64,000 bases of DNA, from the NCBI GenBank assembly GCA_964401355.1, contig CAYNYJ010000005.1:4361-68360 (forward strand), given 5' to 3'. Each line of letters begins with the position of its first letter. The stretch's first letter is position 1. A model generated the notes under the pieces. That model saw only the letters and a list, made by a program, of their open reading frames with translations. It did not search any database and was not told where the DNA came from. The position numbers and the translations under genes were made by a program. Source of the stretch: an uncultured Ectothiorhodospiraceae bacterium (GTDB lineage: Bacteria > Pseudomonadota > Gammaproteobacteria > SZUA-152). Below, in pieces: positions 18,605-28,678 of this stretch.

Positions 18605-20568
18605 GTGGTTTTCACCTCAGTTGTTTGCCCATTCGTCTGTTGTGCCGCATTTTTATTAAAAAAAGCCTGTACATCGGCGACCTCCCGACTCACCGGCATC
18701 GGCGGCAGACTGTTGCGAAAGATGCGCCCGTAGCCCTTGCCGAACAACCGAGGATCGCAAATCATCAGCACCCCACGGTCGCTGACATCACGGATCAAGC
18801 GCCCCACGCCTTGCTTGAGGGTGATGGCCGCCTGCGGCACCTGATAATCAAAAAACGGATTCAGGCCGCGCTCACGCATGGCTTCGAGCCGCGCCTGCAT
18901 CACCGGATCACCCGGCGAACTGAACGGCAGCTTGTCGATGATCACGCAAGACAGCGCCTCGCCGCGCACATCCACGCCCTCCCAAAAACTGCTGGTGCCC
19001 ACCAGTACCGCGTTGCCCAGCGCGCGGAACCGCTCCAGCAGTTCGCCGCGCGGCAGGCTGCCCTGCACCAGCAGCGGGTAGTCGATAGTGCCCTCTAGCG
19101 CACGGGCGACGATATTCAGCGCCCGGTAGCTGGTGAGCAGAAAAAAGGTGCGGCCACCGCTGGCCTCGATCACCGGCCGCGCCGCCTCCACCACCAACGC
19201 CGTGTAATCCGGGCTGTTGGGCGCGGGCAACGCCGTGGGCACGTACAACAGCGCCTGTTTGGCAAAATCAAAGGGACTGTCCCAGCGTCGGGCGTGAACA
19301 TCTTCGATGCCCAGTTGACGGGAAAAATGGGTGAAATCCTCGCCCACCGCCAGAGTCGCCGAGGTGAAAATCCAGGCACTTTTATGTTTATCGACATAAC
19401 TGCGGAAGGTCTCGCTGACCTCCAGCGGCGTCATGTGCAGCACAAAACCGCGCGCGTGGGTCTCGAACCACTGGATCACTCCCTGCTCCTCACTGCCGCC
19501 ATCGACAAACTGATCCAGCCGGTTTTTCAATTCCAGGCAGCGACGCCAGTTGCGTTCCAGGCCTTTACCACGCGTGGCCAAAGGCTCCAGATCCGACTCC
19601 AGCCGCGCCAGTGATTCGGCCAGATCCTCGGTGGCCGCGCGCAAGGCCATGTTCTCGTCTTGTGAGGCCCAGGGCGCACGACGCACGTCGTTGCCCAGTG
19701 CCAGCCGGAAGTCGCGCCCCGCCTTGTCCAGCTTGGTGATGCTGGCCTCCACCGTGTCCACGTCCGGCGCCTCGGCATGCACCTCGATCAGCACGTCGCG
19801 GCCCAGCTCCGTCAACTGGCGAGCACTGAAGCTGATGCCAAAAAAGCGGCTGGCGATATCCGGCAACTGGTGAGCCTCATCGAAAATAAAGGCATCGACG
19901 CCCGGCAGCACCTCGCCGAAACCCTCATCACGCAAAGCCAGATCGGCAAAAAACAGGTGATGATTCACCACCAGCACATCGGCGGCCTGGGCATCTTTGC
20001 GCGCCTTCACCACGAAACATTCGCTGTACGCCGGGCAGTCACCGCCCAGGCAGTTATCGGGAGTGGAAGTGACCTGCGGCCAGATCGCTGCGTCTTCCGG
20101 CACCTCGCTCAGCTCGGCAATATCGCCACGCTCAGTGCGTCCCAGCCAGGTACGGATACGCGCCATTTGATCTTGCTGCTCGGGACGCAGACGCCGACCC
20201 TCCGACATTTCCAGCCGGTGATAGCACAGGTAATTGGCTCGCCCTTTGAGCAACGCCACCGAGGTGGACACTCCCAGTGCCTTGCGCACTGTGGGCAAAT
20301 CACGATGAAACAGTTGATCCTGCAGATTTTTGGTGCCGGTGGAGATCATCACCTTCTTGCCGTGTTTCTGGCTGTACAACAGTGCAGGCGCCAGATAAGC
20401 GTAGGTTTTGCCAGTGCCGGTGCCCGCCTCGGCGATCAGCATCTCATTATTTTCCAAGGCACGGATCACCGCCTCAGCCATGTCTTGCTGCTGACTGCGC
20501 GCCGCAAAACCAGGCACGTGCCTGGCGAGAGGCCCACTGGGACCCAGAATATCGGTGATGGTTTGCAT
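18601..20568 (-). CDS. yoaA: DinG-family ATP-dependent DNA helicase (YoaA-like)
   Basis: 655 aa with a Walker A (AEAGTGTGKTYAYL), a DEAH box (FDEAH) and Fe-S helicase architecture. Confidence 0.8.
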   Translation of the reverse strand: MQTITDILGPSGPLARHVPGFAARSQQQDMAEAVIRALENNEMLIAEAGTGTGKTYAYLAPALLYSQKHGKKVMISTGTKNLQDQLFHRDLPTVRKALGVSTSVALLKGRANYLCYHRLEMSEGRRLRPEQQDQMARIRTWLGRTERGDIAELSEVPEDAAIWPQVTSTPDNCLGGDCPAYSECFVVKARKDAQAADVLVVNHHLFFADLALRDEGFGEVLPGVDAFIFDEAHQLPDIASRFFGISFSARQLTELGRDVLIEVHAEAPDVDTVEASITKLDKAGRDFRLALGNDVRRAPWASQDENMALRAATEDLAESLARLESDLEPLATRGKGLERNWRRCLELKNRLDQFVDGGSEEQGVIQWFETHARGFVLHMTPLEVSETFRSYVDKHKSAWIFTSATLAVGEDFTHFSRQLGIEDVHARRWDSPFDFAKQALLYVPTALPAPNSPDYTALVVEAARPVIEASGGRTFFLLTSYRALNIVARALEGTIDYPLLVQGSLPRGELLERFRALGNAVLVGTSSFWEGVDVRGEALSCVIIDKLPFSSPGDPVMQARLEAMRERGLNPFFDYQVPQAAITLKQGVGRLIRDVSDRGVLMICDPRLFGKGYGRIFRNSLPPMPVSREVADVQAFFNKNAAQQTNGQTTEVKTT

Positions 20569-20593
20569 GAGGGTTGTATTGCCGTCGTTTTTA

Positions 20594-20630
20594 CTCCCTC
20601 TCCCTTTGGGAGAGGGCTGGGGTGAGGGGG
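20594..20630. repeat. REP-type palindrome ccctctccctttgggagaggg + ctggggtgaggggg
   Basis: A 9-bp-stem hairpin. A related copy lies at 30216-30284. Confidence 0.4.
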
Positions 20631-20634
20631 TCGT

Positions 20635-21132
20635 TTACGAGGCCTGCTCGTCGAGCGCATCTTCTTTGCTGACATCATCCACCGACCACACCCGGATGCT
20701 GATGGCCTTGAATTTCGCCACCGACATGGCGCCACGTTTGGCGCGTTTTTCCGAACCTTCCGTGCTGGCGGCAACGATAGCCTCACGATCCGCCTCAAAA
20801 ATGGCCTGCGCCTCGTAATCTTCATTCATGAGGATCAGCATCACGCTGTCCCAGTCCTGCTCCAGTTTAATCTGGCCGACACGTTGGCCGCTCTTCTTTT
20901 CGTTGAAGATGGTGCGACCCTTGATCTGAATGTACTTGCCTTCGCGAGCACCAGTGCCGATGGCATCGTAACCGCCCGCGCCCGGTTCTGCTGGCACCAG
21001 TTTCATCAGACGAATCACGTCATGAGTGGCGATTTCATTACTAATACCCAGCGTCTGGCCCGTGGCCCGACGATAGGTCGCCGCTAACTTGCGAGCCTCG
21101 TGCATCAGTTTGTCTACATCGTATACGGCCAT
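20635..21132 (-). CDS. hypothetical protein, possible PD-(D/E)xK-like motif
   Basis: 165 aa. The motif YDAIG...EGKYIQIKGR resembles D...ExK. I recognise no family. Confidence 0.4.
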   Translation of the reverse strand: MAVYDVDKLMHEARKLAATYRRATGQTLGISNEIATHDVIRLMKLVPAEPGAGGYDAIGTGAREGKYIQIKGRTIFNEKKSGQRVGQIKLEQDWDSVMLILMNEDYEAQAIFEADREAIVAASTEGSEKRAKRGAMSVAKFKAISIRVWSVDDVSKEDALDEQAS

Positions 21133-21259
21133 GATTTTCTGAATTACGAAGCGATATCCACCAAGAAAAAAGATTGTGCATATCTAACCCTATTTGTCGC
21201 CATTTTGGAAGCCGCAGCGCAACCGGCCGCCAAACTAAACACCTGAAAAATCACTCGAA

Positions 21260-21700
21260 TTAGCCTGCCGCCGCCTCGCTTGCCGCCAAACCCCGCGCAG
21301 CCTCGATGAGTTCGGCATTACTCCGCCTAAGCACTTCATCGTGCTTCGCCAGGGCATTGGATTTTTGCGCCAGACTCTCCGCCATGCCGTACTGCCCCTG
21401 CTGCAAACGAATCTTCGCCAGCCGATGCCAGAGCCGTGCATTACGGGGCTCGATGCGCAGCGCCCGTTCCAGCAGAGCCGCGGCCCGCTCCCAGTGGGCC
21501 TGATATTCCTGCTGCTCGGCCTTGGCTAACAAGGTGGCCACAGCACGACCGACATCGGGCGTGACACCCATCGCCGAAGGTGGATCCGTAACGGCTGAAT
21601 CGGTGGCACAGCCAATCATCGAAAGACTGGCGATGAGTATCATCAGCGCACCGACTAATTCACCGATTCGTTGGTATCGCATTATTTTCATATTCTGCAT
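21260..21700 (-). CDS. TPR-repeat lipoprotein (putative)
   Basis: Lipobox LSMIGC and TPR-like helices (RALRIEPRNARLWHRLAKIRLQQGQY). Confidence 0.5.
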   Translation of the reverse strand: MQNMKIMRYQRIGELVGALMILIASLSMIGCATDSAVTDPPSAMGVTPDVGRAVATLLAKAEQQEYQAHWERAAALLERALRIEPRNARLWHRLAKIRLQQGQYGMAESLAQKSNALAKHDEVLRRSNAELIEAARGLAASEAAAG

Positions 21701-21735
21701 TTCACTGCTGTTCTGTTAACCAATACATGTCATGT

Positions 21736-21933
21736 TGTAATAAATTGTTTTGCGTGACCTGTCGTGTGATTTGAAAAATTGAGGGACGCATTCTCAGCAA
21801 CCTATCCCGTCAGAGCCTACCCCGCGTAGCGTTTTGGGTATTCCGACGAAGACCGGAATCCAGTGATTTCAACGACGTTCTGGATACCGGCCTGCGCCGG
21901 TATGACGAATAAAAAGTTAACGGGACAACAGTC
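21736..21933. mobile_element. MITE-family variant, copy C (inverted, partial)
   Basis: It shares about 200 bp with copy D, including ttgttttgcgtg..cgtagcgttttgggtattccg and the terminal gttaacgggacaacagtc. Confidence 0.45.
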
Positions 21934-22014
21934 TCTGCATTTATCATTTCTTACAACTCAAAAACTTTTTACTGGGAGAACGGGTACTCAAAAAAATAGC
22001 CCTCAAAAAAAGTG

Positions 22015-24435
22015 TCACTCATCCAGCCCCTCCCAATCACAGAGACTTTGGCCCTCAGGCTGGGTGCCAACCACAAAAGGCAACGAGACCGCATGCGGGC
22101 AATCGGCATCAATCAACAGGCCGCTGCGCCGGTCGATGCCCGTGAATTCGATCCCGGCGGGGGGCTCGACGAAAACGTTCTGCACCTCAGATCGAGCGTT
22201 CAATCGGGACAGGATATCACCCCACACCCGCAAAGCCCCACTGGCACCGGTGAACCCGGCGGGCCGATTATCATCCAGCCCCAGCCACACGGTGACGACG
22301 TGGTTGTCACTGAAACCGGCAAACCAGCTGTCACGCAGTTCGTCACTGGTGCCGGTTTTGCCCGCCACAACCAGCCCCTCCGGCAATCGACCTTGCAGGC
22401 CACGCCCGGTGCCTTCGCGGGTCACCGCTCGCAAGGCGCTGTTGATCAGAAATATTGACTGGCTGTCAAAAGCGCGCGTCACCGACAAGGGATAGCGTTG
22501 CAAAGGACGACCGTCCGCCGTCAACACCGCCCGAATCGCGCGTAACGGGGTACGAAACCCTCCGGCCGCCAGGGTGTGATACATCTGCGTCACCTCCAAC
22601 GGGGAAAAATTGGCCGCCCCCAGCAACAGCGCCGGGTATTCGGTGAGCGGACGCTCCGCCCCCAAATCGCGCAAGGTGTCGATCACCGCTGGCACCCCCA
22701 ACTCCATGCCCAAACGTGCGGTAGAAATATTATAGGAATGAATCAGGGCATCGTGCAGCAAAACCTGATAATTCTTGCCCTTGCCTTCCTCGTCATCACT
22801 TTCAGGCCCAACGCGGAAACCGTGATTTTGGTGATCAAAGTTTTGCGGCCGCCAATGCTCGCCGCCACCCATGTCCACATCCAATGGACTGTCATCCAGC
22901 AGGCTGGCGAGGCTGTATTTTTCGGGCCGCAACAAGGCAGTGAGATACACCGCGGGTTTAATCAGCGAGCCGATGGGGCGCAGCGCATCCAGGGCGCGAT
23001 TAAACCCGGCAAAACGTGGATCACGCCCGCCCACCAGCGCCTGCACTTCGCCGTCGTTGACATTCACCACCACCGCCGCGCCTTGTAATTCACTATCCGC
23101 ACCCCGGCGTTGCAATCGCTCTAACTGTAAACTGACGGCCTGTTCCGCAGCACGCTGCACCTCGGGATCGAGGGTGGTAAAAATCCGCAGACCTTCGGAA
23201 TTGAGATCGGATTCGCTGTAATCGCGCCGCAACTGACGACGCACCAAATCCGTAAACGCCGGCACCCGAGACACGCGCGTGGAGTTTTGCGGCAACACTC
23301 GGGGCGCTTCAGCACTGGCCCGCTGCCCGGCAGCCGGGGACAGTTTCCCCTGTTCCACCAATAATCTTAAAACCAGATTGCGCCGTTCAGCGGCACGCAA
23401 ACGGTGACGCCGGGGATCGTAATACGACGGCCCCTTCACCAACGCCACCAACAAGGCCACTTGCGGCAGCGACAGCTTTTTCAGCGGCTGAGCAAAATAA
23501 AATTGGCTGGCGAGACCGAAGCCGTGAATCGCGCGACGACCATCCTGACCCAAATAAATTTCATTCACGTAGGCTTCGAGAATGTCGTTTTTGTCAAAAT
23601 GAAATTCCAGCAACAGGGCCATAATGGCCTCGTTGAATTTTCGCCACAGGGTGCGTTCATTGCTGAGGAAAAAATTCTTCACCAGTTGCTGGGTAAGCGT
23701 ACTCCCACCCTGCACCGTCTTGCCCGCCCGCAGGTTGACCCACAAGGCACGCAGAATAGATGATGGCGAAACACCGTAATGCGAAAAGAACTCACGGTCT
23801 TCCACCGCCAACAAGGCGTCGATCAATAACGGCGGCACTTCATCCAGCTGCACTAGAATGCGGTCTTCCCGATGGGAGGGATAAATGTTGCCGATTAACG
23901 GTGGATCCAATCGCAACAGATCAACGGTATCACCGGTACTGGCCTGCCAAATACCCAGCAAACGCCCAGCCGAAAACTCCAACCGCAACGACTGACTCTT
24001 TTCATCGCCATCCCAAAAATGAAACGACCGTGTGGTCACTAAAAACGCATTGCCGGTACGCACATAAGTGCCCGGTAATGTCGGATTAGATGTCAAGCGA
24101 TAACCCAGGCGTTTTAATTCGGCGACAAACTGTTTGGCGCTCACCCCCTGGTCCGGGTACAGTTCCAGCGCGCGCGCGTACACATGCGCAGGCAAGGCCC
24201 AGCGCTTACCTTCGAACTGGGTTCTTACTTCGTTATCGAGATACAACACATAAGCCGAAAGAAGCAGCAAGACACCCAGAGAAGCCCAACTGAATAAACG
24301 CAAGCGCATCAACCACTTTTTTCTCTGCTGGGAAGCACGCCGACGGCTTTGTCGATACCCGCGCCGACCCGTGCGCCGCCTACGCTTGCCTCGGGGCTTA
24401 AGACGAAAAATAAATCTTTTCAGAAAATCAAACAT
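22015..24435 (-). CDS. mrcB: penicillin-binding protein 1B (bifunctional transglycosylase/transpeptidase)
   Basis: Arg/Lys-rich N-terminus, a membrane anchor, the glycosyltransferase motif EDREFFSHYG...GGSTLTQQLVKN and a transpeptidase domain. The preferred start is Met at 24435 (MFDFLKRF). Confidence 0.8.
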   Translation of the reverse strand: MFDFLKRFIFRLKPRGKRRRRTGRRGYRQSRRRASQQRKKWLMRLRLFSWASLGVLLLLSAYVLYLDNEVRTQFEGKRWALPAHVYARALELYPDQGVSAKQFVAELKRLGYRLTSNPTLPGTYVRTGNAFLVTTRSFHFWDGDEKSQSLRLEFSAGRLLGIWQASTGDTVDLLRLDPPLIGNIYPSHREDRILVQLDEVPPLLIDALLAVEDREFFSHYGVSPSSILRALWVNLRAGKTVQGGSTLTQQLVKNFFLSNERTLWRKFNEAIMALLLEFHFDKNDILEAYVNEIYLGQDGRRAIHGFGLASQFYFAQPLKKLSLPQVALLVALVKGPSYYDPRRHRLRAAERRNLVLRLLVEQGKLSPAAGQRASAEAPRVLPQNSTRVSRVPAFTDLVRRQLRRDYSESDLNSEGLRIFTTLDPEVQRAAEQAVSLQLERLQRRGADSELQGAAVVVNVNDGEVQALVGGRDPRFAGFNRALDALRPIGSLIKPAVYLTALLRPEKYSLASLLDDSPLDVDMGGGEHWRPQNFDHQNHGFRVGPESDDEEGKGKNYQVLLHDALIHSYNISTARLGMELGVPAVIDTLRDLGAERPLTEYPALLLGAANFSPLEVTQMYHTLAAGGFRTPLRAIRAVLTADGRPLQRYPLSVTRAFDSQSIFLINSALRAVTREGTGRGLQGRLPEGLVVAGKTGTSDELRDSWFAGFSDNHVVTVWLGLDDNRPAGFTGASGALRVWGDILSRLNARSEVQNVFVEPPAGIEFTGIDRRSGLLIDADCPHAVSLPFVVGTQPEGQSLCDWEGLDE

Positions 24436-24550
24436 GAGGACGCATTGTACCCCATGCCCCTGCCAACAAACTTCCCCGATGAAGGGTAACGCCGGTATTT
24501 TTGCTAAACTTGTCACAGCAAATGAACTTTTCGCGCTCGGAGATAAAAAT

Positions 24551-26200
24551 ATGTCCCGCAGCAATACCCACGTTCCTGTTAACAATAGCGAGGACGACAG
24601 CGTTAACGACGCCTTCGAAGAACAACAGCACACAATAATTCCTGCCCTCTCCCGCGCCGAGGCCTACCCGCACAGCGTTGAGAATATTCAATTGATCGAA
24701 ACCCATATTTCGTGGGTTTTTCTGACCGGCCATTACGCCTACAAAATAAAGAAAAACGTCAACTTCGGTTTTCTGGATTTTTCCACCCTGGCGAGGCGCC
24801 GCAGATTTTGTGAAGAAGAACTTCGTCTGAACCGTCGCCTTGCGCCCGCACTCTATCTGGGTGTCGTTCCCATTTGCGGTTCATTCCAAAAGGCCACGAT
24901 TAACGGCACAGGTGAGGTGATCGAGTACGCGGTAAAAATGCGCCAATTCGATACCCAAAACAGCTTTGATGCCTTGCTGGCAGAGAGCAAACTTACGCCA
25001 TCGCACATCGATGAGAGCGCACAGGTGTTGGCGCGATTTCATTCAGGCATTGCCATTGCCGATAAAACATCCTCTTACGGTACAGCAGAGGCTATCCGAC
25101 AACCGGCCATGGAAAATTTTGATCAATTGGCATTATCGACAAACACTATATTCACCGATAATGCCGCCCATCCTTCACAACAACAGTTACAACAACAGTC
25201 ACAACAACAGTTACACCGATGGACTACGAATCAACACGCGAAATTAATCGGTATTTTTGAACAGCGAAAAAACGCCGGTTTTATTCGTGAATGTCACGGC
25301 GACCTGCATTTGCGCAACATCGTTATTTGGCAAGGCCGCGTCACGCCCTTCGACGGCATTGAATTCAGCGACAACCTGCGCTGGATTGATGTCATCAGCG
25401 AACTGGCTTTTTTGTTGATGGATCTGGATGACCACCAGCAAGCCGTTCTCGCCCGGCAATTACTCAACACCTATTTATCGTTAACCGGTGACTATGCAGG
25501 ATTGCGGGTACTGCGTTATTACCAGGTTTATCGCGCCATGGTGCGTGCCAAGGTGGCGGGTTTGAGACTGGATCAGAATGAGAACAAAGCACCTCAATTA
25601 TTACCGGAAATTAACAACTACCTTCAACTGGCGAAGCGTTACACTCAAACTCACGCCCCTCAACTCATCATCACCCACGGGCTGTCGGGGTCGGGTAAAT
25701 CTTATCTTTCAAAACAACTCGTACTTGCCGCAGACATCATTCATTTACGCTCCGACGTGGAACGCAAGCGTTGTTTTGGTTTTGACGCACAGGCCAAAAC
25801 CCATGCTGGCATTTATTCTCCCGAGGCCACAGAAAAAACCTACCAGCATCTTTTACAATTAACTCGAAATATTCTCGCCGCCGGCTTCACGGTATTAGTG
25901 GATGCCACTTTTTTACAGCGTCAATACCGGGACAGGTTTACATCATTGGCGGACGAACTACAGATTCCCTTCACCATCCTGCATTGCACAGCGAAGCCTG
26001 AAACGCTGCGACAACGGGTGCAACAACGTCTGACGCAAGCTAACGATGCATCGGAAGCCAACCCAGCGGTGCTGGAAAAACAGATGCAACACCACGAAAT
26101 GTTGAACACCGATGAACAACGCTATACACACACGATTCAAACCGCCGCTGCAATTGATCTCAAAAAATTGCTCGCCACATTAAATTTCACCACCCAATAG
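24551..26200 (+). CDS. bifunctional aminoglycoside-phosphotransferase-like kinase / P-loop NTPase fusion protein
   Basis: The ORF track starts at 24371. The Met at 24551 is preferred. It has an APH-like HGDLHLRN catalytic motif and a C-terminal Walker A (GLSGSGKS). Confidence 0.55.
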   Translation: MSRSNTHVPVNNSEDDSVNDAFEEQQHTIIPALSRAEAYPHSVENIQLIETHISWVFLTGHYAYKIKKNVNFGFLDFSTLARRRRFCEEELRLNRRLAPALYLGVVPICGSFQKATINGTGEVIEYAVKMRQFDTQNSFDALLAESKLTPSHIDESAQVLARFHSGIAIADKTSSYGTAEAIRQPAMENFDQLALSTNTIFTDNAAHPSQQQLQQQSQQQLHRWTTNQHAKLIGIFEQRKNAGFIRECHGDLHLRNIVIWQGRVTPFDGIEFSDNLRWIDVISELAFLLMDLDDHQQAVLARQLLNTYLSLTGDYAGLRVLRYYQVYRAMVRAKVAGLRLDQNENKAPQLLPEINNYLQLAKRYTQTHAPQLIITHGLSGSGKSYLSKQLVLAADIIHLRSDVERKRCFGFDAQAKTHAGIYSPEATEKTYQHLLQLTRNILAAGFTVLVDATFLQRQYRDRFTSLADELQIPFTILHCTAKPETLRQRVQQRLTQANDASEANPAVLEKQMQHHEMLNTDEQRYTHTIQTAAAIDLKKLLATLNFTTQ

Positions 26201-26239
26201 CACCACCCAATAGCACCATCTAATATCACAAAGAATGTG

Positions 26240-27478
26240 TCACTGACCGCCCGTTATTTTAAAAATCTTTCCGCCCAAGTCCAGCAGATAAATTTCACCC
26301 GCCCGGTCTTCCGCAAACGAGGCAATATTGAGACCGCTCTCCATTAATAATTGGCGTTGATAGCGTCCATCGCGCGCGGCAAACAGGCCCCACATTTTTC
26401 CGCTGCAATAATCTGCAAAAAGATACACGCCCTGCAGGGCCGGAATCGCGGCACCTCGGTACACATAACCGCCCGTCACTGAGCAGCCTTCCGCGTGAGA
26501 ATATTCCGCGACCGGCTCTATCAATCCCGATACACGACAGTCACCCGAATAACAATGCGCGCCTTCGCGCAGGCTCCATCCATAATTGCCGCCGGGTGTG
26601 ACAATATTGATTTCTTCCCAGGTATTCTGGCCAACATCGGCTAACCACAATTCACCGGTGTTGCGATCAAAACTCCAACGCCAGGGATTACGCAGCCCAT
26701 AGGCAAAAATTTCCGGTCGGCCACCGGCGTTGACAAAGGGATTGTCCGGCGGAATTTGGTAACCCATTTTCCCGTTGAAACCTAAGCCTTTAACATCGAA
26801 GTCACTCACATCCAGCCGTAACAGCGAACCCAATAAGGTCTGGGTATTTTGTCCGTTGCCCTTCGGGTCTCCCGCCGAGCCGCCATCCCCCAAACCAAAA
26901 TAGAGATAACCGTCCGGCCCGAACTGCACATTGCCGCCGTTGTGATTGGTGAAGGGTTGCGACACCTCAAGCAAGATTTGCTCACTACTTTTATCCAGCG
27001 TCCGACCGCCATCACGACTCTGCCAGCGCGATAATACCGACGTCAGTGGTGAGCCGGATTTTTTACCTGATCGGGTATATGAAAGGTACACCCGGCCGTT
27101 TTGAGCAAATTGAGGGTCAAGCGCCATGCCCAGCAGTCCGGCCTCATTGGGCCCGGACTCGACAGCGCGCCGCAGGTCGATAAACACCGTGCGCTTCAGC
27201 GTCAAACCCAACTGCTGAATCCGCAGCACCCGTCCGGCCTGTTCCACCAGATACCAGCTGCGCGGTGTCGCATCAGCCATGAACGTTCGCGGCGCCTCAA
27301 GTAATGCCAGGGGCTTGTTCATGACAATCGTCTCGAACACCGGCTTCAGGACTAGCGTCGGCCCCGCATAAAGCAGCCCGCTACTGCACAGGCAAGCCAG
27401 CAACACCCCAGCATTTTTCATCCATCGTCCCGTATTCATGCGCATTTCATATCCCTCTGTGCCGAACACCCTGCCCAC
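26240..27478 (-). CDS. PQQ-dependent soluble sugar dehydrogenase (YliI/GDH-B family)
   Basis: Signal peptide and GLLGMALDPQFAQNGRVYLSYT; beta-propeller. Confidence 0.7.
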   Translation of the reverse strand: MGRVFGTEGYEMRMNTGRWMKNAGVLLACLCSSGLLYAGPTLVLKPVFETIVMNKPLALLEAPRTFMADATPRSWYLVEQAGRVLRIQQLGLTLKRTVFIDLRRAVESGPNEAGLLGMALDPQFAQNGRVYLSYTRSGKKSGSPLTSVLSRWQSRDGGRTLDKSSEQILLEVSQPFTNHNGGNVQFGPDGYLYFGLGDGGSAGDPKGNGQNTQTLLGSLLRLDVSDFDVKGLGFNGKMGYQIPPDNPFVNAGGRPEIFAYGLRNPWRWSFDRNTGELWLADVGQNTWEEINIVTPGGNYGWSLREGAHCYSGDCRVSGLIEPVAEYSHAEGCSVTGGYVYRGAAIPALQGVYLFADYCSGKMWGLFAARDGRYQRQLLMESGLNIASFAEDRAGEIYLLDLGGKIFKITGGQ

Positions 27479-27695
27479 TCATTCCCGTTCGAAAATCAAC
27501 GATAACCCCCGCTAAACATCCCATTCTAAACCCCAAAAAAAACAGGGTTGAAAAGTGCCGTTAGCGGGAGTTGCCAGGATCAAACAGGCCCATTACACTG
27601 ACCGTCGAAATTTATCTGCTGTGACTGTACCGCTATATTTCTCATCATTTTTTACAGGTTTCCGGCGTCCCATATTTTCAATCATAAGCACTGAA

Positions 27696-28640
27696 ATGAG
27701 CACCCTTTTAATGAGCACATCACTGAGCACCTCCAAGAACAAAACGATCGACTTCGAGCCGCTGCGCAACATGGAGTCCTTCACCAAGGACATGTTCAAC
27801 CGGGTCATCGAGTTCCAGGAAAAAGAGCATCATGCCTGGAATGCCAATCTCTCTTTTGATGCGCGCATCAAGGGGCTGCCACTGCACAATCTCATTTTCA
27901 GCAACCCGGATCGTGACCCTGCAAAATATAGCACCACCGTTGCTCCCTATTACCCGTTGCGCGAAGAGATGCAGAAGATCGCATTTTACGTGCGCCAGCT
28001 GGGCGACAATCCCGTGGTCTGCGACATTTATCCCGGTAATGGATTCATCGGCAGCTTGTTGGGGCGCGCCATTGCCGCTGAAGCAGGCGCAGCAAACCCT
28101 TCTGATAAAACAGCCGTCATCGGCCTGCAAAACAATGTCGCGGATAACAAGCCTTATCAGATCGAATCGTTCATCGACCCCGAACATTTTGCCTATCGCA
28201 GTGAACCCTGCAACGAATTAGATTTCGATGCCGCGCTGATTTCCTGGCCACCCGCCAACAGTAACCCGAGCACCGAACGGGTGCTACGACAAACCAAACT
28301 GCTCATTTATATTTTCACCCAACATCTCGACGAGTCCACTCAGCAGCGACAAACCGGCAGCGAAGAAATGCTGACAACACTGGCGGAAAATTATCGCCTC
28401 ATCGACAGCTGGGACGTGACCCGCCCCAAAGATATCCTGCACGATATCTGGCCTGACATGACACCTTCCATCGCCGAAACCCGCCACGTGCACATTTACG
28501 CACACCACTCGCTGAGCGAGCTGCAAACTGCCCAAAACCTGGAACCGGTTCAAGGTTATGACTGGGAAAAAGATCTGCAAATGGCCCTGCTCGCCCTGCA
28601 GGCAAAACAGGAAGTGCAAGGCCGGGGGTTTCCTACCTGA
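27696..28640 (+). CDS. hypothetical protein (possible Rossmann-like GxGxG: DIYPGNGFIG)
   Basis: The ORF track starts at 27555. The Met at 27696 is preferred. I recognise no family. Confidence 0.4.
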   Translation: MSTLLMSTSLSTSKNKTIDFEPLRNMESFTKDMFNRVIEFQEKEHHAWNANLSFDARIKGLPLHNLIFSNPDRDPAKYSTTVAPYYPLREEMQKIAFYVRQLGDNPVVCDIYPGNGFIGSLLGRAIAAEAGAANPSDKTAVIGLQNNVADNKPYQIESFIDPEHFAYRSEPCNELDFDAALISWPPANSNPSTERVLRQTKLLIYIFTQHLDESTQQRQTGSEEMLTTLAENYRLIDSWDVTRPKDILHDIWPDMTPSIAETRHVHIYAHHSLSELQTAQNLEPVQGYDWEKDLQMALLALQAKQEVQGRGFPT

Positions 28641-28678
28641 GCATCTCCAATACCCGCGTCAATACCAGCGCCAATGAC

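Noticed and set aside
19777-20625. 282-aa plus-strand ORF
   Set aside because: Antisense to the yoaA/dinG helicase gene and running into the REP element, so it is spurious.
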